A stretch of DNA of 63,740 nucleotides, filler included, from Octopus bimaculoides (lineage: Eukaryota), in assembly GCF_001194135.2 (NCBI RefSeq). It is 4 parts of 4 records of this genome, joined end to end, with 100 filler letters (N's around TTAATTAATTAA, not from the genome) between each part and the next. Parts side by side here need not be neighbours in the genome. Positions count along the whole stretch, not along the records: positions 1 to 13,439 come from NC_068981.1; 3 more parts are not named here. The stretch is one strand, 5' to 3'. Both the position numbers and the translations under genes were made by a program. Under the pieces are notes generated by a model. The model did not search any database. It was not told where the DNA came from and saw only the letters and a program-made list of their open reading frames with translations. This document shows positions 1 to 12,214 of the stretch, one piece after another; the first letter of the stretch is position 1; each line of letters starts with the position of its first letter.

Positions 1-34
<34 letters not shown>

Positions 35-467
35 GCATATAATGATTGCTGTATATATATCAAAAGATATTGCCACAGTAATTAAAAGCTTTGTTGATGA
101 CAGGTTATTTAACTACAACACATTGTAGTAAATCCAGGTAGGTGTACCTTGTATGTATGTACATAGGTGGCTAAAATGATCTTACAGTGCAACATATTTA
201 GAATATAAGTAGAAAAGCATAAATTTCACATATACTTCATACTTTTATTGTCTTCAACAGATGTTTCATTTGGATAAAGATCATTAATTCCATAATACAT
301 AACCGCAATATGCAATTAACGTAAATTAAATTAATTGTACATCACATTTATGGACATTGTGGGATTAAGGATATTTAGTCCAACAAACTAGTTGTTGAAC
401 ACAATTAAAACATGAACTACACGTGAAATTTATGCTCTTCTACTTTTATGCTGTCTCTATATATCAA

Positions 468-770
468 TTATGTATGTGTGCATGTGTGTGTGTGTGTGTG
501 TACTGCCATCTCAATTGCTAAAGTAACTATGTATGCATGTATGCATGTATGTATGTATGTATGCATGTATGTATGCATGTATGTATGTATGTATGCATGT
601 ATGCATGCATGCATGCATACATACATGTATATGTATGTGTACATGTATATGTATATGTACATATGTATATGCCACATGTATATGTATATGCCACATGTAT
701 ATGTATGTGTACATATGTATATGCCACAAAACCTCCCAAAACTAGAAACCATTTTCATATATATGTGTAA
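468..770. repeat. Compound (GT)/(ATGT)/(ATGC) microsatellite with ~20-30-bp higher-order units
   Basis: Direct reading. Similar simple repeats occur throughout, e.g. (ATT)n 4510-4598, (AT)n 6252-6330, (ATCT)n 30700-30765, (AGAT)n 63145-63205. Confidence 0.95.
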
Positions 771-1904
771 AAATTAACACTTCCTTCTCCAAGCCAAGAT
801 TCGAAGCTGAATCTAAGAATTTTTGGTTGTCCAAACCACCACGATCAACAGGCGCGAAAACAGGTTTCCTTTTGTCTAGTCAAAAAGTGATTGATGATCT
901 CCCTTTGACCTTCGACCTAAGGCCATGTCAGGCGGAGTTCAAATGGACAGGAGCTGACCTATTTAGGTACAAACTCTGCTGCAGTATGTCTGTCCTTCTA
1001 GCTGCCACGATTCTTATAAATTCAGTGGTCAACAAGACAGAAGAAGAGAAGGCCCTAGGCAGCCAAACGAGGAAGGTCTACTACATGACAGCTTTTCTCA
1101 GAGACTAGAGCAATGTTCGAAGTTCCACGGTAGACTTACTATCTCAGATGAACTACACACACACACACACACACACATACACGCAAACATATATTCATTT
1201 ATGATATATCACTTCCACAGATGTACCCTGTTTCTATTTCTAGCAACTCGTAGCAGTTGTCAACATTTTGTATATAGTGAAGAATTATGTGTACCAACGA
1301 CAAATTAAGTCTGCTGAATAAATTATATTTAATTATGAATCAATTCACTCATTTGTTTACTTCAAAAGCATACACATTCATACATTCTTTTTGCATCTGG
1401 TTACCATGATACACATTTAACCACTACATATGCATGTGCATATACATGTGTGTTTGTGTGATTGTTTACATTTGCTCGTTGCTGTGATACAAGTGGTGGT
1501 GTTATTGTCATTTCTTCCTGAAAATTAATTTTCAGCTGGCCTTATGCCTTCGAAAATATATAGAGAAAATGATCCCTGAGACAGGTAAGGGTTAGCAATT
1601 GGAAGAGCATCAAGTTGCAAAAACAGTGCTTTAATAATATATTCTTGTAATCCATGCAAGAATGGGAAAATGAACTTTAAAAAATGAATGAACAACTCCT
1701 TTTATCTTTTACATGTTTCAGTCATTGGACTGTGGCTATGCTGAGGCATGATGTTGAAGGGTTTTAAATCCAACAAAATGACCCAGTGCAGTACTTAATT
1801 TGTCAGTCTCTTTTTATCAAAACACTAAGTTAAGGAGACATAAAGAAACAATAATTGTCAAGCAGTGGTGGAGGATAAACATGCACACACACACACACTA
1901 TATA

Positions 1905-1956
<52 letters not shown>

Positions 1957-2222
1957 ATTTATATGTGTGTAAGTGTGTGTGTGCTTCTTCTAGTTAATGT
2001 ATACCAAATCCACTCACATGAGTTTGATCAGTCTGAGTACACCATAGAAGATGTTTGCCCAAAGTGCTACACTGTGGGATTGAACCTGGAACCACGTGCT
2101 TTTGAAGCAAACTTTTTCCCACACAGCCATGCTTATGTATTTAGCTAAAATAGTCAGTCTTTCTATGTTCATTCATTCAGTTTATGTAGCTATACATTGA
2201 CATATTTACTAGTAATTCTTAC

Positions 2223-2243
2223 CAAGTACTGCCATCTCAATTG
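2223..2243 (-). CDS. Candidate 21-nt microexon (QLRWQYL), possible alternative 3' isoform of the minus-strand gene
   Basis: gttactttag|caattgagatggcagtacttg|gtaaga; phase 0-0, compatible with the 63-nt exon. Confidence 0.35.
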
Positions 2244-2624
2244 CTAAAGTAACTATAGTTTTTTTAGTTGAAGCATTGATAGCAATAATTACTCTTCCTA
2301 AACAAGTCAACATTTTGATTGAGAAATTTTATAACATGAACATACGACTTATCAGCTCACTAGTTTGTGTGTGTGTATGTATGTATGTATGTATGTATGT
2401 ATGTATGCATGTATGCATGTATGCATATATGTACGTGTGTGTGTGTGTATCTATATATATTAATGTTTATTTTTATTTTGAGTTTTAATAAAAATAAATC
2501 TTTTTTTGTTTCAGCTGATGGGTTACTCTATACTTTTGTAGAGTACAAATTGTCTGACAATGGCTTAGGTGGCCAAAACTTCGAAGTTCTTGTCAACAAC
2601 AATCTTTTAAGAATAATATATATT

Positions 2625-2658
<34 letters not shown>

Positions 2659-3159
2659 GAGCAACATAATAGCATGTGTTCTCATAATTGTGAAATTTTT
2701 TAATATTACTCAAAAAGTAAGTTGTTTCCTAAAATGTTTATGAAGGTACGTATGCACACACTTACACATGCACACACACACACAAAAACACACACACAAA
2801 AACACACACACTCATATGTATACATATATGTATGAATATAATAAATATGTGTGTGTATATATANNNNNNNNNNNNNNNNNNNNNNNNNNNNNNNNNNNNN
2901 NNNNNNNNNNNNNNNNNNNNNNNNNNNNNNNNNNNNNNNNNNNNNNNNNNNNNNNNNNNNNNNNNNNNNNNNNNNNNNNNNNNNNNNNNNNNNNNNNNNN
3001 NNNNNNNNNNNNNNNNNNNNNNNNNNNNNNNNNNNNNNNNNNNNNNNNNNNNNNNNNNNNNNNNNNNNNNNNNNNNNNNNNNNNNNNNNNNNNNNNNNNN
3101 NNNNNNNNNNNNNNNNNNNNNNNNNNNNNNNNNNNNNNNNNNNNNNNNNNNNNNNNNNN

Positions 3160-3214
<55 letters not shown>

Positions 3215-3519
3215 TGTATATATATTTATTTGGAAAGAGACAGAGGTTGGAAAGAGTGTGGGAGAGTGATTTAATCATATTGTTGATCCAGTGTTGTGCA
3301 ACATATTTTTTGCCAATAGCCAATTATTTAAGGCCAGTCTCTAATAAGATAACACATCCATCACTTCTAGTGTTTCTCTTCTGCCATGATTTTTTTTTCT
3401 TAATGTGTTCTATGTTTCCTTTACCCTCACCTCCACCAATTTTTCTAGTTTGTTTCTCAGCATCGTCACTTCTTGTATTCCTTTTTTTCATTCTGTTGCT
3501 GGTGTTGTTCAATAGAAAT

Positions 3520-3555
3520 TTAGTAAGGTCTTCTATTGGGGTCCATTACATCATA
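3520..3555 (-). CDS. Candidate terminal coding exon (YDVMDPNRRPY*)
   Basis: ttcgtttttaatttttcag|tat gat gta atg ... tac taa; the other two frames stop within 3 codons. Confidence 0.55.
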   Translation of the reverse strand, partial: YDVMDPNRRPY

Positions 3556-4529
3556 CTGAAAAATTAAAAACGAAAAAATGTTCAATCAATATCTCTTGTT
3601 TTAAATATTATTATTGTTGTTGTTGTTGTTGTTGTTTTATTTCAGCTGCTTTAGTACCAGGCATCCTCTGGAGGCCAAGAGTAGCAAGAGCACTTTTATT
3701 TTTGCTATGCATGCTAAAATTATCACCACATTTATTCCATTTTAAATGGAGAGTGTTTTCCATAGTATATGGGCCGTACCAATCAAGGTTATCTTTTGTA
3801 GTTCATGTAGGTTGGATTTACCAAGGTGTTGCTTAATATACTTCTCAGTTCTCTTCTTTATCATTCCCAATGCACCAATTACTACTGGTATTATCATAGT
3901 ACTAAGCTTCCACATTTTTATGATTTCAATTTGCAGATATTTATAGTGAGAAAGCTTTTTATATTCTTTTCTTGAGACATTTTGATCTTGTGGGACTAAC
4001 ATATCAGTTAACAGACAAGTTTCTCAGTTGTAGTCCTTGATCACAATGTCTGGTCAATTGAAGTCAATTTTTCTGTCTATTTGTATTGGGAAGTACCAAC
4101 GGATGGTGACATCCTCGCTATTTACTACATCCTCTGGATGGTGCTTGTACCACTTATCATGGGATTTAATTTTGTAGTATTTACAAGCATTCCAGTGGAT
4201 GCCCTAGTCTGTCATGTCTTATGAGGTACTCCTTTTCAGCAAGGACTGGGCAGCCAGAAACAACATAATCAATTGTCTCTGTGTACTATTACTATTATTA
4301 TTATTATTCAGGCAGTGAGCTGGCAGAATCATCAGCATGCTGGACGAAATTCTTTGTGGTATTTTGCCCGTGGTTATGTTCTGAGTTCATATTCCACAGA
4401 GGTCAACTTTTGGGGTCAATAAATTAAGTACCAGTTGAATACTATGGTTGATATGGTCAACTTACCCCCTCCCCCAAAATTCAGGCCTTGTGCCTTAGCA
4501 GAAAGGATTATCATTATTATTATTATTTA

Positions 4530-4597
<68 letters not shown>

Positions 4598-6248
4598 TTA
4601 TTGTCTTTGCATAGCTTCTAATGCTGGAGATGTACTATGCTGTCAGCTGTTCATTACCAGTGAACTAAGGTAACACTCCTTAATGTATGTATATATGTAT
4701 TTATGTGTGTGTCTGTGTGTATGTATGTATGTATGTAAGTATGTATGCGTGTGTGCATGTGTGTGCGTGTGCGTGTGTGTGTGTGTGTCTGTGTGTGTAT
4801 AAACAACATATATGTATGTATATACTCACACACACACATGCATGTGTGTGTAAGTGTGTGTAAGTGTATGTGTAACAACAACAAAAAAATGAACAACAAT
4901 GAAAAATATTTCAAGCTTTTGACAAACAAGCTGGTCACAGACACAACTCTAGAAAGATAAATAAAAAAAATATAACCCTCAATTGCCAAACAGCATGATA
5001 CTAAATGCAGAATGACAAAACTGATAGTAACCTATCTCAAAGACAACATCAAACTATAGTGTCTAATTCTAATTATTTTTTTTATTTCTTGCAAATGGTC
5101 CAAATTCCAGGAACATATTAACCATCTGGATATATTTTGAACACATAAATTATCATACATACATATCTAAATTCAGTTCCTCTTTTGTGCACAAATGGCT
5201 TTCACCACCAAATGGCTGTGATGCTGCTTTGGCTCTGTTTTATTCACCCAGTTTTTGAGACTATAATGAAGGTGCAAAGACACATGTAAAACAAGTATAT
5301 AGAATCCCAGGAAATAAGTGAAGTACATAAGAGCTTTCTATATTGAAATACTAGCAGGTGGGGTTGATTCGGCGTCTGCTGGACAGGGTGTTATTTTTTT
5401 TGAAAATATTATGGATTTTCATTGTTAAATACATATTCAATGAAAACAATATGACAAGTAAGCATCATGAGCAGGCCAATGATAACTCTAAAATACATTG
5501 TTTCTTCTGACTTGTTCACTTGTTGAGCAACTGTGTTATTGGATGTGAAATGGTTGTTTAAAGAAAAAGAGAAACAGCATAGCTATAATTGTTTTGGCTC
5601 ATCCTAGACAGAGTATGTTGATGTGGTCCACACTTAGCATGAATTTCTATAGGGTGATGTCTACAGGGAAACATGGATGCAGAAGTGCTGGAGACAGTTT
5701 CATTTCCAGGGAGGAGATGAGTTGCTCAGCAGCTTTGAATATGTTTTGGTAGAGATGGTACATAACTTGCTATTTCAGAAACAATATTATTGAAATAAAA
5801 AAGACTATTAGTTTTGATTTGAATATCTTACCATGTGACCATTTGAGGCAACTGAAGATGGGCGTGTTCCAATTTTAGGTCTTACAATTGAATACTGAAA
5901 AAAAAAAGAGAGAATGTATAGAAAAAGATACGTAAATATCATTTTTGCAACACAACTCAAAAAAGGAAAAACAAACAAAACAATATATATATATGATGAG
6001 CTTCTTTCGGTTTCTGCTTACCAAATCCACTCACAAGGCTTTTGGTCGGCCTGAGGCTATAGTAGAAGACACTTGCCCAAGGTGCCATGCAGTGAGACTG
6101 AATCTGGGACCATGTGGCTGGGAAGCAAGCTTCTTACCACACAGCCACTTTTGCATCAATATTTAAAAACAAAAACAAAGATAAAAAATAAAATATGAAA
6201 AATAAACTAATATAATGGCCATAAAATATATTTGTATATTAAGTATTT

Positions 6249-6331
<83 letters not shown>

Positions 6332-7866
6332 GCATATATATATTTGATGGCTGCCAACTCATTAATCGTGTATGACTTTTCTCAACACCAGCACTGGCAG
6401 AGTACATTACACGTAGGCACTAAACTAGTCAAAAACCAACACCACACAAACTTGCAGATAACATGGAGCTAAATATTTACAGTTTAAAATTATTAGATGG
6501 TTATAGATAGTCTACATGTTTTGTGACTGAAAATAACTCTTTAGTCTAACAAAAGATTCACGCATTTTTTTTTTACACCGACAACATGAAAATGCTTGAC
6601 TTCACTGTTAAAGATTGCTAGAAATTGTTATTGTGACGTTTCATGTGCCTTTTCAACTCAGGTTTACTTTTACAGATTCTATTGCAAACAGAGCAAGCTA
6701 ATTTGTCAGAATGCGACTGAGAAAAGTCAGTAGGAGGCCTAAATATGTGCTTCCACCTAAGACTAACTAGGTCAGTTTGGGAGTGACAAATATGGTTGTA
6801 GGTATCACAAGTTAGAGGAGAAGGATCATTGACGGTAAGAAACCCTTTCTTGCCTCTTTTTCATCAGTACATGTTTCTGCTTAACTTCAAACAAGGTAGC
6901 ACCTAGGATTTTTGGTTGGTCCATTGTATCACTCTCCCAATGTGCATGCATCATACTGAAACATTTTTGAGAGCTACTTATCAATTCTTTGAAATGCAAT
7001 TTTGTTTGCATTGAGGCCTTTTTATTTTTTTATCTGGTCATATAACAAGTGTTTGGGCAGGCATTAATCAGATTTCCTTGTCAGATGGCCAGTCCAGTGA
7101 AGTCTGTGTTGATGAATTTCAGTTTCAATGCCCTCCACACCAGCACACTCAAGTACTTCAGAATCTGGAATTTTGTTCATGCCTTTGACATTCAGTATAG
7201 AGTAGGAACATGGCTGATGAACTCACTTGAATAATTTGAGGTGCTTCCTATATACTATCCATGTCTCATAGAAGTAAAGGAAAAGTGAAAGCACACAAGT
7301 GCTGTACACTGCAACTTTTGTGTTTTTGGTAATATCTCTGTAAGACCAAACTTGCCTTTCAAGATTCTTGAAAGCTAGAGATGCTTTTTGAAGACAGTTT
7401 GCTATTTCAGCATCTAAAGAATAAACATGATTCAGTACATTTCAAAGATATGCAAATTTATCTACAACTTTCAGTTCTGTATTTTGAAGAAAAACCTCAG
7501 TTTCAAAATGAGTTGGAAGCTGGTTGAAACATAATAGTTTTAGGCCATACAGGATTCATCAAGTTTAAGCATTAGGTGTGGCATGTCTGATTGAATGGGT
7601 TACCAAGTCACAGTCATCAGCATACAATAAATCTCATATATATATATATATATATATATATTATTTAACAAACACAATATAGGTTTTTATGTGTTACTAT
7701 TAATTTCATGTGTTGAGAACATGTCAAACATTATTTTATAACATGTCATATTCTCAACACATGAAACAAATAGTAGCACATAAGAACATATATTGTGTTT
7801 ATTAAATAATATTTATCTCTTACAAGATGGAGTACTTTTTTTGTTGATCTTACCATCACGGAACAG

Positions 7867-7909
<43 letters not shown>

Positions 7910-10900
7910 AATATTTACTGGGTAATATCCATATAGTGTGCTTTTCAAGGCTCTTTTTCAGGTATCAGCTACCAGATGTTATCATACAGCAGGACTTTTT
8001 CTTTCACTGGATATACATGTGGAAATCATAAGGTATCCACAGAGTATATACAAAAGAATTTTAATATGAGAAGATGGGATGAACAGGCTTTGTTATAAAT
8101 CCCTACAATTGTTTCGGTGGATCATTATCAGCTGGCAATTGCTAAATGCTACATATATGATACCTATTATTGCATTAGTAATAGTTGTATATATTCATGA
8201 CTTCAGGTGAAGGGGGTCTAAAGCACTGCTAGATCATATTTAGTTTCTCTTTGTTTTATATCCACACCATTATGTTATTTTTAGCATTCCGTTGACAAGG
8301 AACAACACGGAAATAGAAAGAAATATATATGAGAAAAAATACTAAAAATAGAATAATGGAAATAGAAATTAAAAAAATAATGAAACCTCTTACTCACTCC
8401 ATCTTTAATCACAGACTTGTTTTGACTTTTAGGAAAATAAATTAACATTCTAAGATAGTGTCATAAAATGATAAACTTGAAGAATTACTTGTCTCTTGTG
8501 TCTGTTATGGTTTCACTTCAAAGGAAATCAGTGGCATATGGTCACTTCCTTAGCATGGAAGGAGACCAAAACCTGTTTGTTGGCGTCCAGACCTAATTTA
8601 GGCTGCATAGTATTAATGTCACGGGTTTTGCAACAGATGCTTTACAAGTCATTAAAAGAGGGTTATAACGCCAAGAAGGGTTGTATGCATCCTTATACAT
8701 ACATACATACATACATACATATATGCAGCATGGTTTCTGTGATGACACCTTAAAAGCATTGGGAGAAGGCTCCAGCACTGACGTCATATACCTTGATTTC
8801 AGCAAGGCATTTGACAGAGTGGACCACAAAATCCTGCTGAAGTAACTGTCCAACATTGGAGTCCATGGAAAGCTGCTACAGTGGATAAAGTGTTTCCTGA
8901 CGAACAGAACCCAACATGTTGTGTTTGAGGGAATATGATCTGGCTTGGTCAAAGTTAGCAGTGGTGTCCCACAAGGTACTGTGTTGAGCCCACTCCTCTT
9001 CATTATTTACATCAACGACATAGTAGATGTCATCAAACATTCTACATTGAAAATTTTGAAGATGATTCCAAACTCCAGAAAGCCATAAACGGCATGGGAG
9101 ACTGAACATGCATTCAGTCAGATCTATTTGCTATTGTCCAATGGCCAGAAAAAAAACAGTATGCTTCTAAATGAAGACAAGTCTGATTTGATCCACTTTG
9201 GAAAAGAGGAAACTCTGAAATTACCATATGTTTTTCCCTCGGGTGACTCTCTAGTGTCATCTAACAAGACTAGAGACCTTGGAATAATTGTTGATAACAA
9301 CCTAAGCTGGAGTTCCCACGTAAACAGCAAGGTTGACTTGGCCCGCAAGATATGCTCCTGGATTCTGAGAACTTTCTGGTCTAGAGATGCTTACACCATC
9401 ATCCTTCTCTACACTACTTTTGCCCAACCCCACCTTGAATATTGTTGTCCACTGTGGTTCCCCCATACGAAACAACTCATTATAAAAGTAGAAGCACTCC
9501 AGAGGTCAATAACAAGAAAGATAGATGGCATGAAAGGCATTGATTATTGGGGTCAACTAAAAAAACTCAATCTCTGCTCTCTCCAACACTGCCGGGAGTA
9601 ATACATCATTTGTGTTATGCGGAAAATATCCCATCAATATTGCACAAATGATGTTGGCATCAATTTTAAAATCCATCTGAGACTTAGCCCCCGTGCTATA
9701 AGCTCATTACAAAAATGGAACTCGGTACACATAACAACATTACATCAAAATTACTATACCTCAACTGGTCCAGCTTTCTTTAATACCATACCAAAATACA
9801 TCAAAACAGAAACGGATCTCATAAAATTCAAATGTTCACTGGACAAATTTCTTCAAAAAATCTCAGACCAAACTCCTACACCCAGAAATGTCTCCAACAA
9901 TAATAACTCTTTGCTAGAGTGGGCCATGGTGCCCCATATATGACTAAAAGACTTTACCAGGTGGTGCTATTGAGTTAAACATAGCCTGGGCCTATACTGG
10001 CCGAAACCTATCAAAGTTATATATATATATATATATATATATTTGCCAGTATCGCCTGACTGGCCTTCGTGCGGGTGGCACGTAAAAGCACCCACTACAC
10101 TCTCTGAGTGGTTGGCGTTAGGAAGGGCATCCAGCTGTAGAAACTCTGCCAAATCAGATTGGAGCCTGGTGTAGCCATCCGGTTGCACCAGTCCTCAGTC
10201 AAATCGTCCAACCCATGCTAGCATGGAAAGCGGACGTTAAACGACGACAATGATGATGATGATGATGATATATAAATAGATATATATACATACATACATA
10301 CATATATATGCATACACACACACCCACACCCACACACATATTGGGTGTATGGGTGTGTGTACCACACATAAATCTATATAAATTTTACAGCCACTTAACA
10401 AGCTCTCTGCTGTCTGTCTGTCTCTGTCTCATTCTCTCTCCCTCCCTCACCCCTCTCTCTGTCTCAACTCCCTGTGAAATTGATTTTGAAGTTTAAGGTT
10501 TGCTTGGAAAAAAGACTCTGCACTAAGGCTTTGTAAGCGTTTTCACACTGACTCATAAACAACAATGTTAAATGAATAAATTAGAATATGTTTATAAAAA
10601 TATTCTTAAAATGGTGGTTAGTAGTTGTTGATTTAAATACTTACATCTTTAGAAGTATCAATATGGCTCAAGTTCGGTTTGAATTCATTTTGAGCGTAGT
10701 ATACTGGTTGCTGTTGTTGTGACTCATAATTAGCTTGCTCATCGTATTCAATGTTTGACATCTTCATTTGGATAAAATATTAACAAATCAAATTATATCA
10801 GGAGATTAAATGCTTAAATATCATTAAAAAGCATATTATTTATAAAGGATATTAAGCTGGTGAGCTGGCAGAATCATTTGCACACTGGACAGTGGCATTT

Positions 10901-11954
10901 CATTTGTCTTTATATCTTGGGTTCAAATTCCTCTGACATTGACTTTGCCTTTCATCCTTTCAGGGTCAATAAGATAAGTATCAGTTCAAGGGATAAGTCG
11001 ATTGCATCGATCCAAAAGTTCAACTGGTACATATTTTATTGACCTTAAAAGGATGAAAGGCAAAATAGACCTTGTCAGAATTTGAACTCAGAATGTAAAG
11101 ACAGACAAAATGCTTCTTAGCAATTTGTCTGGCATGCTAATGATGCTATAAGCTTGCAACCTTATGATTTCAAATTTTTGCACAAGGCCAGCAATTTTGA
11201 GAGAGGGGTAAGTTGATTACATAGATCTCGGTGCTTAACTGGTATTCATTTTATTGACCCCGAGAGAATGAAAGGCAAAGTTGACCTTGGCGGACTTTGC
11301 CCATCCATTCTTTTAGGGATGATAAAGTATGTACCAGTTGAGTACTGGGGTTGATGTAATGGACTATCCCCCTCCCCAAAATTTCAGGCCTTGTGCCTAA
11401 TAATGATAATAATAATAATAATAGGAGGAGATCCCCTTTGGTCATGAATGACCATGGGGTTGCACCTAGAAAGTTACGCTCCCAGGCACAAGTCTGAGCA
11501 ATGTTGTTTGTGGAAGGCCAGCAGTCGCCCATGCATACCAGCCTCCCCTCTTCACACCACTGATGTTATCCAAGGGAAAGGCAAAGGCCGATACAGCTTG
11601 GCACCAGTGATGTCACAACTCATTTCTACAGCTGAGTTAACTGGAGCAACGTGAAATAAAGTGTCTTGCTCAGAACACAACACGCAGCCTGGTCCGGGAA
11701 TCGAACTCACAACCTCACGATCATAAGCTCGAGTCTCTAACCACTGAGCCATGCACCTTCACAGAGAAGGAGGAGGAGGAGGAAGAAGAAGAAGAAGAAG
11801 AAGAAGAAATTATTTAGACTTGCAAACGAAATGGGTGATACATTATAAAGATATAGTTCTTACAGCTTTATTGTCATAAGCATATGCATTCATGATTTCT
11901 GGCTCAAAACCATTGGCTTTCCTTGAAAGTGGGAAACTGTCACTGCCTTGCTCA
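3520..11954 (-). CDS. Candidate uncharacterised multi-exon gene (3' part): Tyr-rich, likely disordered C-terminal region
   Basis: Four exons with compatible phases: 11954-11864 (EQGSDSFPLSRKANGFEPEIMNAYAYDNKA), 10761-10645 (MSNIEYDEQANYESQQQQPVYYAQNEFKPNLSHIDTSKD), 5894-5832 (YSIVRPKIGTRPSSVASNGHM), 3555-3520 (YDVMDPNRRPY*). Three acceptors have long polypyrimidine tracts and all three donors are GTAAG. The 10761 acceptor (aag) is weak. Confidence 0.62.
3690..4285 (-). mobile_element. 3' fragment of an RLE-bearing non-LTR retrotransposon (R4/Dong-like)
   Basis: ETIDYVVSGCPVLAEKEYLIRHD (zinc-knuckle region), PDIVIKD, then KEYKKLSHYKYLQIEI..IIPVVIGALG..ELQKITLIGTAHIL (restriction-like endonuclease end). 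Confidence 0.85.
4312..4505 (+). mobile_element. tRNA-derived SINE (ggcggtgagctggcagaa family), CpG-decayed
   Basis: Aligns to the intact copy at 63666-63740; ends in an (ATT)n tail. Further copies at ~10855, ~11270, 42964 and 63525. Confidence 0.8.
5832..5894 (-). CDS. Candidate minus-strand exon, 63 nt, phase 0 to 0
   Basis: ctctcttttttttttcag|tat tca ... cac atg|gtaaga; only frame 0 is open. Confidence 0.68.
6830..7400 (-). mobile_element. Degraded RTE-clade LINE, RT C-terminal region
   Basis: ILNVKGMNKIPDSEVLECAGVEGIETEIHQHRLHWTGHLTRKSD*CLPKHLLY matches the RTE pattern IL.I.W.D.I...EVL....LRW.GH..RM...RLPK..LY. Confidence 0.8.
7659..7812. mobile_element. Hairpin MITE (~150 bp)
   Basis: Left arm attatttaacaaacacaatat...catgtgttgagaacatg is the inverted complement of right arm catattctcaacacatg...atattgtgtttattaaataat. 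Confidence 0.75.
8750..9945 (+). mobile_element. 5'-truncated CR1/L2-group LINE (RT pseudogene)
   Basis: [58 protein letters not shown]; contains stops and frameshifts. Confidence 0.92.
10035..10270 (+). mobile_element. 3' end of an abundant RTE LINE family, (GAT)n tail
   Basis: gtaaaagcacccactacactc...catgctagcatggaaagcggacgttaaacgacg; same sequence at ~21505(-), 21925(-), 22760(-), 28230(-), 41060(+), 50180(-), 53100(-), 54525(-), 56000(-), 60310(+). Confidence 0.85.
10645..10761 (-). CDS. Candidate minus-strand exon, 117 nt, phase 0 to 0
   Basis: Open 39 codons ending gat|gtaagt; acceptor ttttatccaaatgaag is weak, and an ATG AAG ATG start is an alternative reading. Confidence 0.6.
10855..11420. 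mobile_element. Cluster of inverted SINE copies, including a palindromic pair at 10855-11160
   Basis: gactttgcctttcatcctttc (+) faces aaaggatgaaaggcaaa (-); further - and + copies at 11165-11420. Confidence 0.75.
11425..11762 (-). mobile_element. tRNA-derived SINE with CORE-like central domain
   Basis: A box tggctcagtggtt, B box gagttcgattcc, then ttctgagcaagacacttta..ctcagctgtagaaatgag; second copy at 58827-59160 (+). Confidence 0.8.
11864..11954 (-). CDS. Candidate minus-strand exon, 91 nt, phase 2 to 0
   Basis: ctatattctatgttttag|t gag caa ... aat aaa gct|gtaaga; lies in non-repeat DNA. Confidence 0.65.
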
Positions 11955-12170
11955 CTAAAACATAGAATATAGTGCAAAATAAGACAGAAATGAAAGAAGT
12001 AAAGAATGTCATTTTGTATGTGTGTGTTTGTTGAGATGTAATGATTTAGTTTGCTGCAAATCTCTATGTATGTACATACTTACATACACACACATACATA
12101 CATACATACATACATACATACATGCATACATACATACATACATACATGCATACATATGTACACATACACA

Positions 12171-12214
<44 letters not shown>

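Noticed and set aside
827-1108. 93-aa + strand ORF in GC-richer DNA
   Set aside because: No recognisable motif or splice context; probably a decayed repeat
1140-1152. 13-nt minus-strand microexon candidate (tgtag|...|gtaagt)
   Set aside because: The acceptor comes from a (GT)n repeat, and phase 0 gives an immediate stop before a donor
448-3323. Many 60-240-aa ORFs rich in YI/CV/HT/X, here and throughout the window
   Set aside because: Translations of (AT)n, (GT)n and (ATGT)n microsatellites and N gaps; not genes
3520-11954. Idea that the minus-strand peptide is a prominin or other named receptor tail
   Set aside because: Only a vague compositional resemblance; no transmembrane or extracellular exons found in the window
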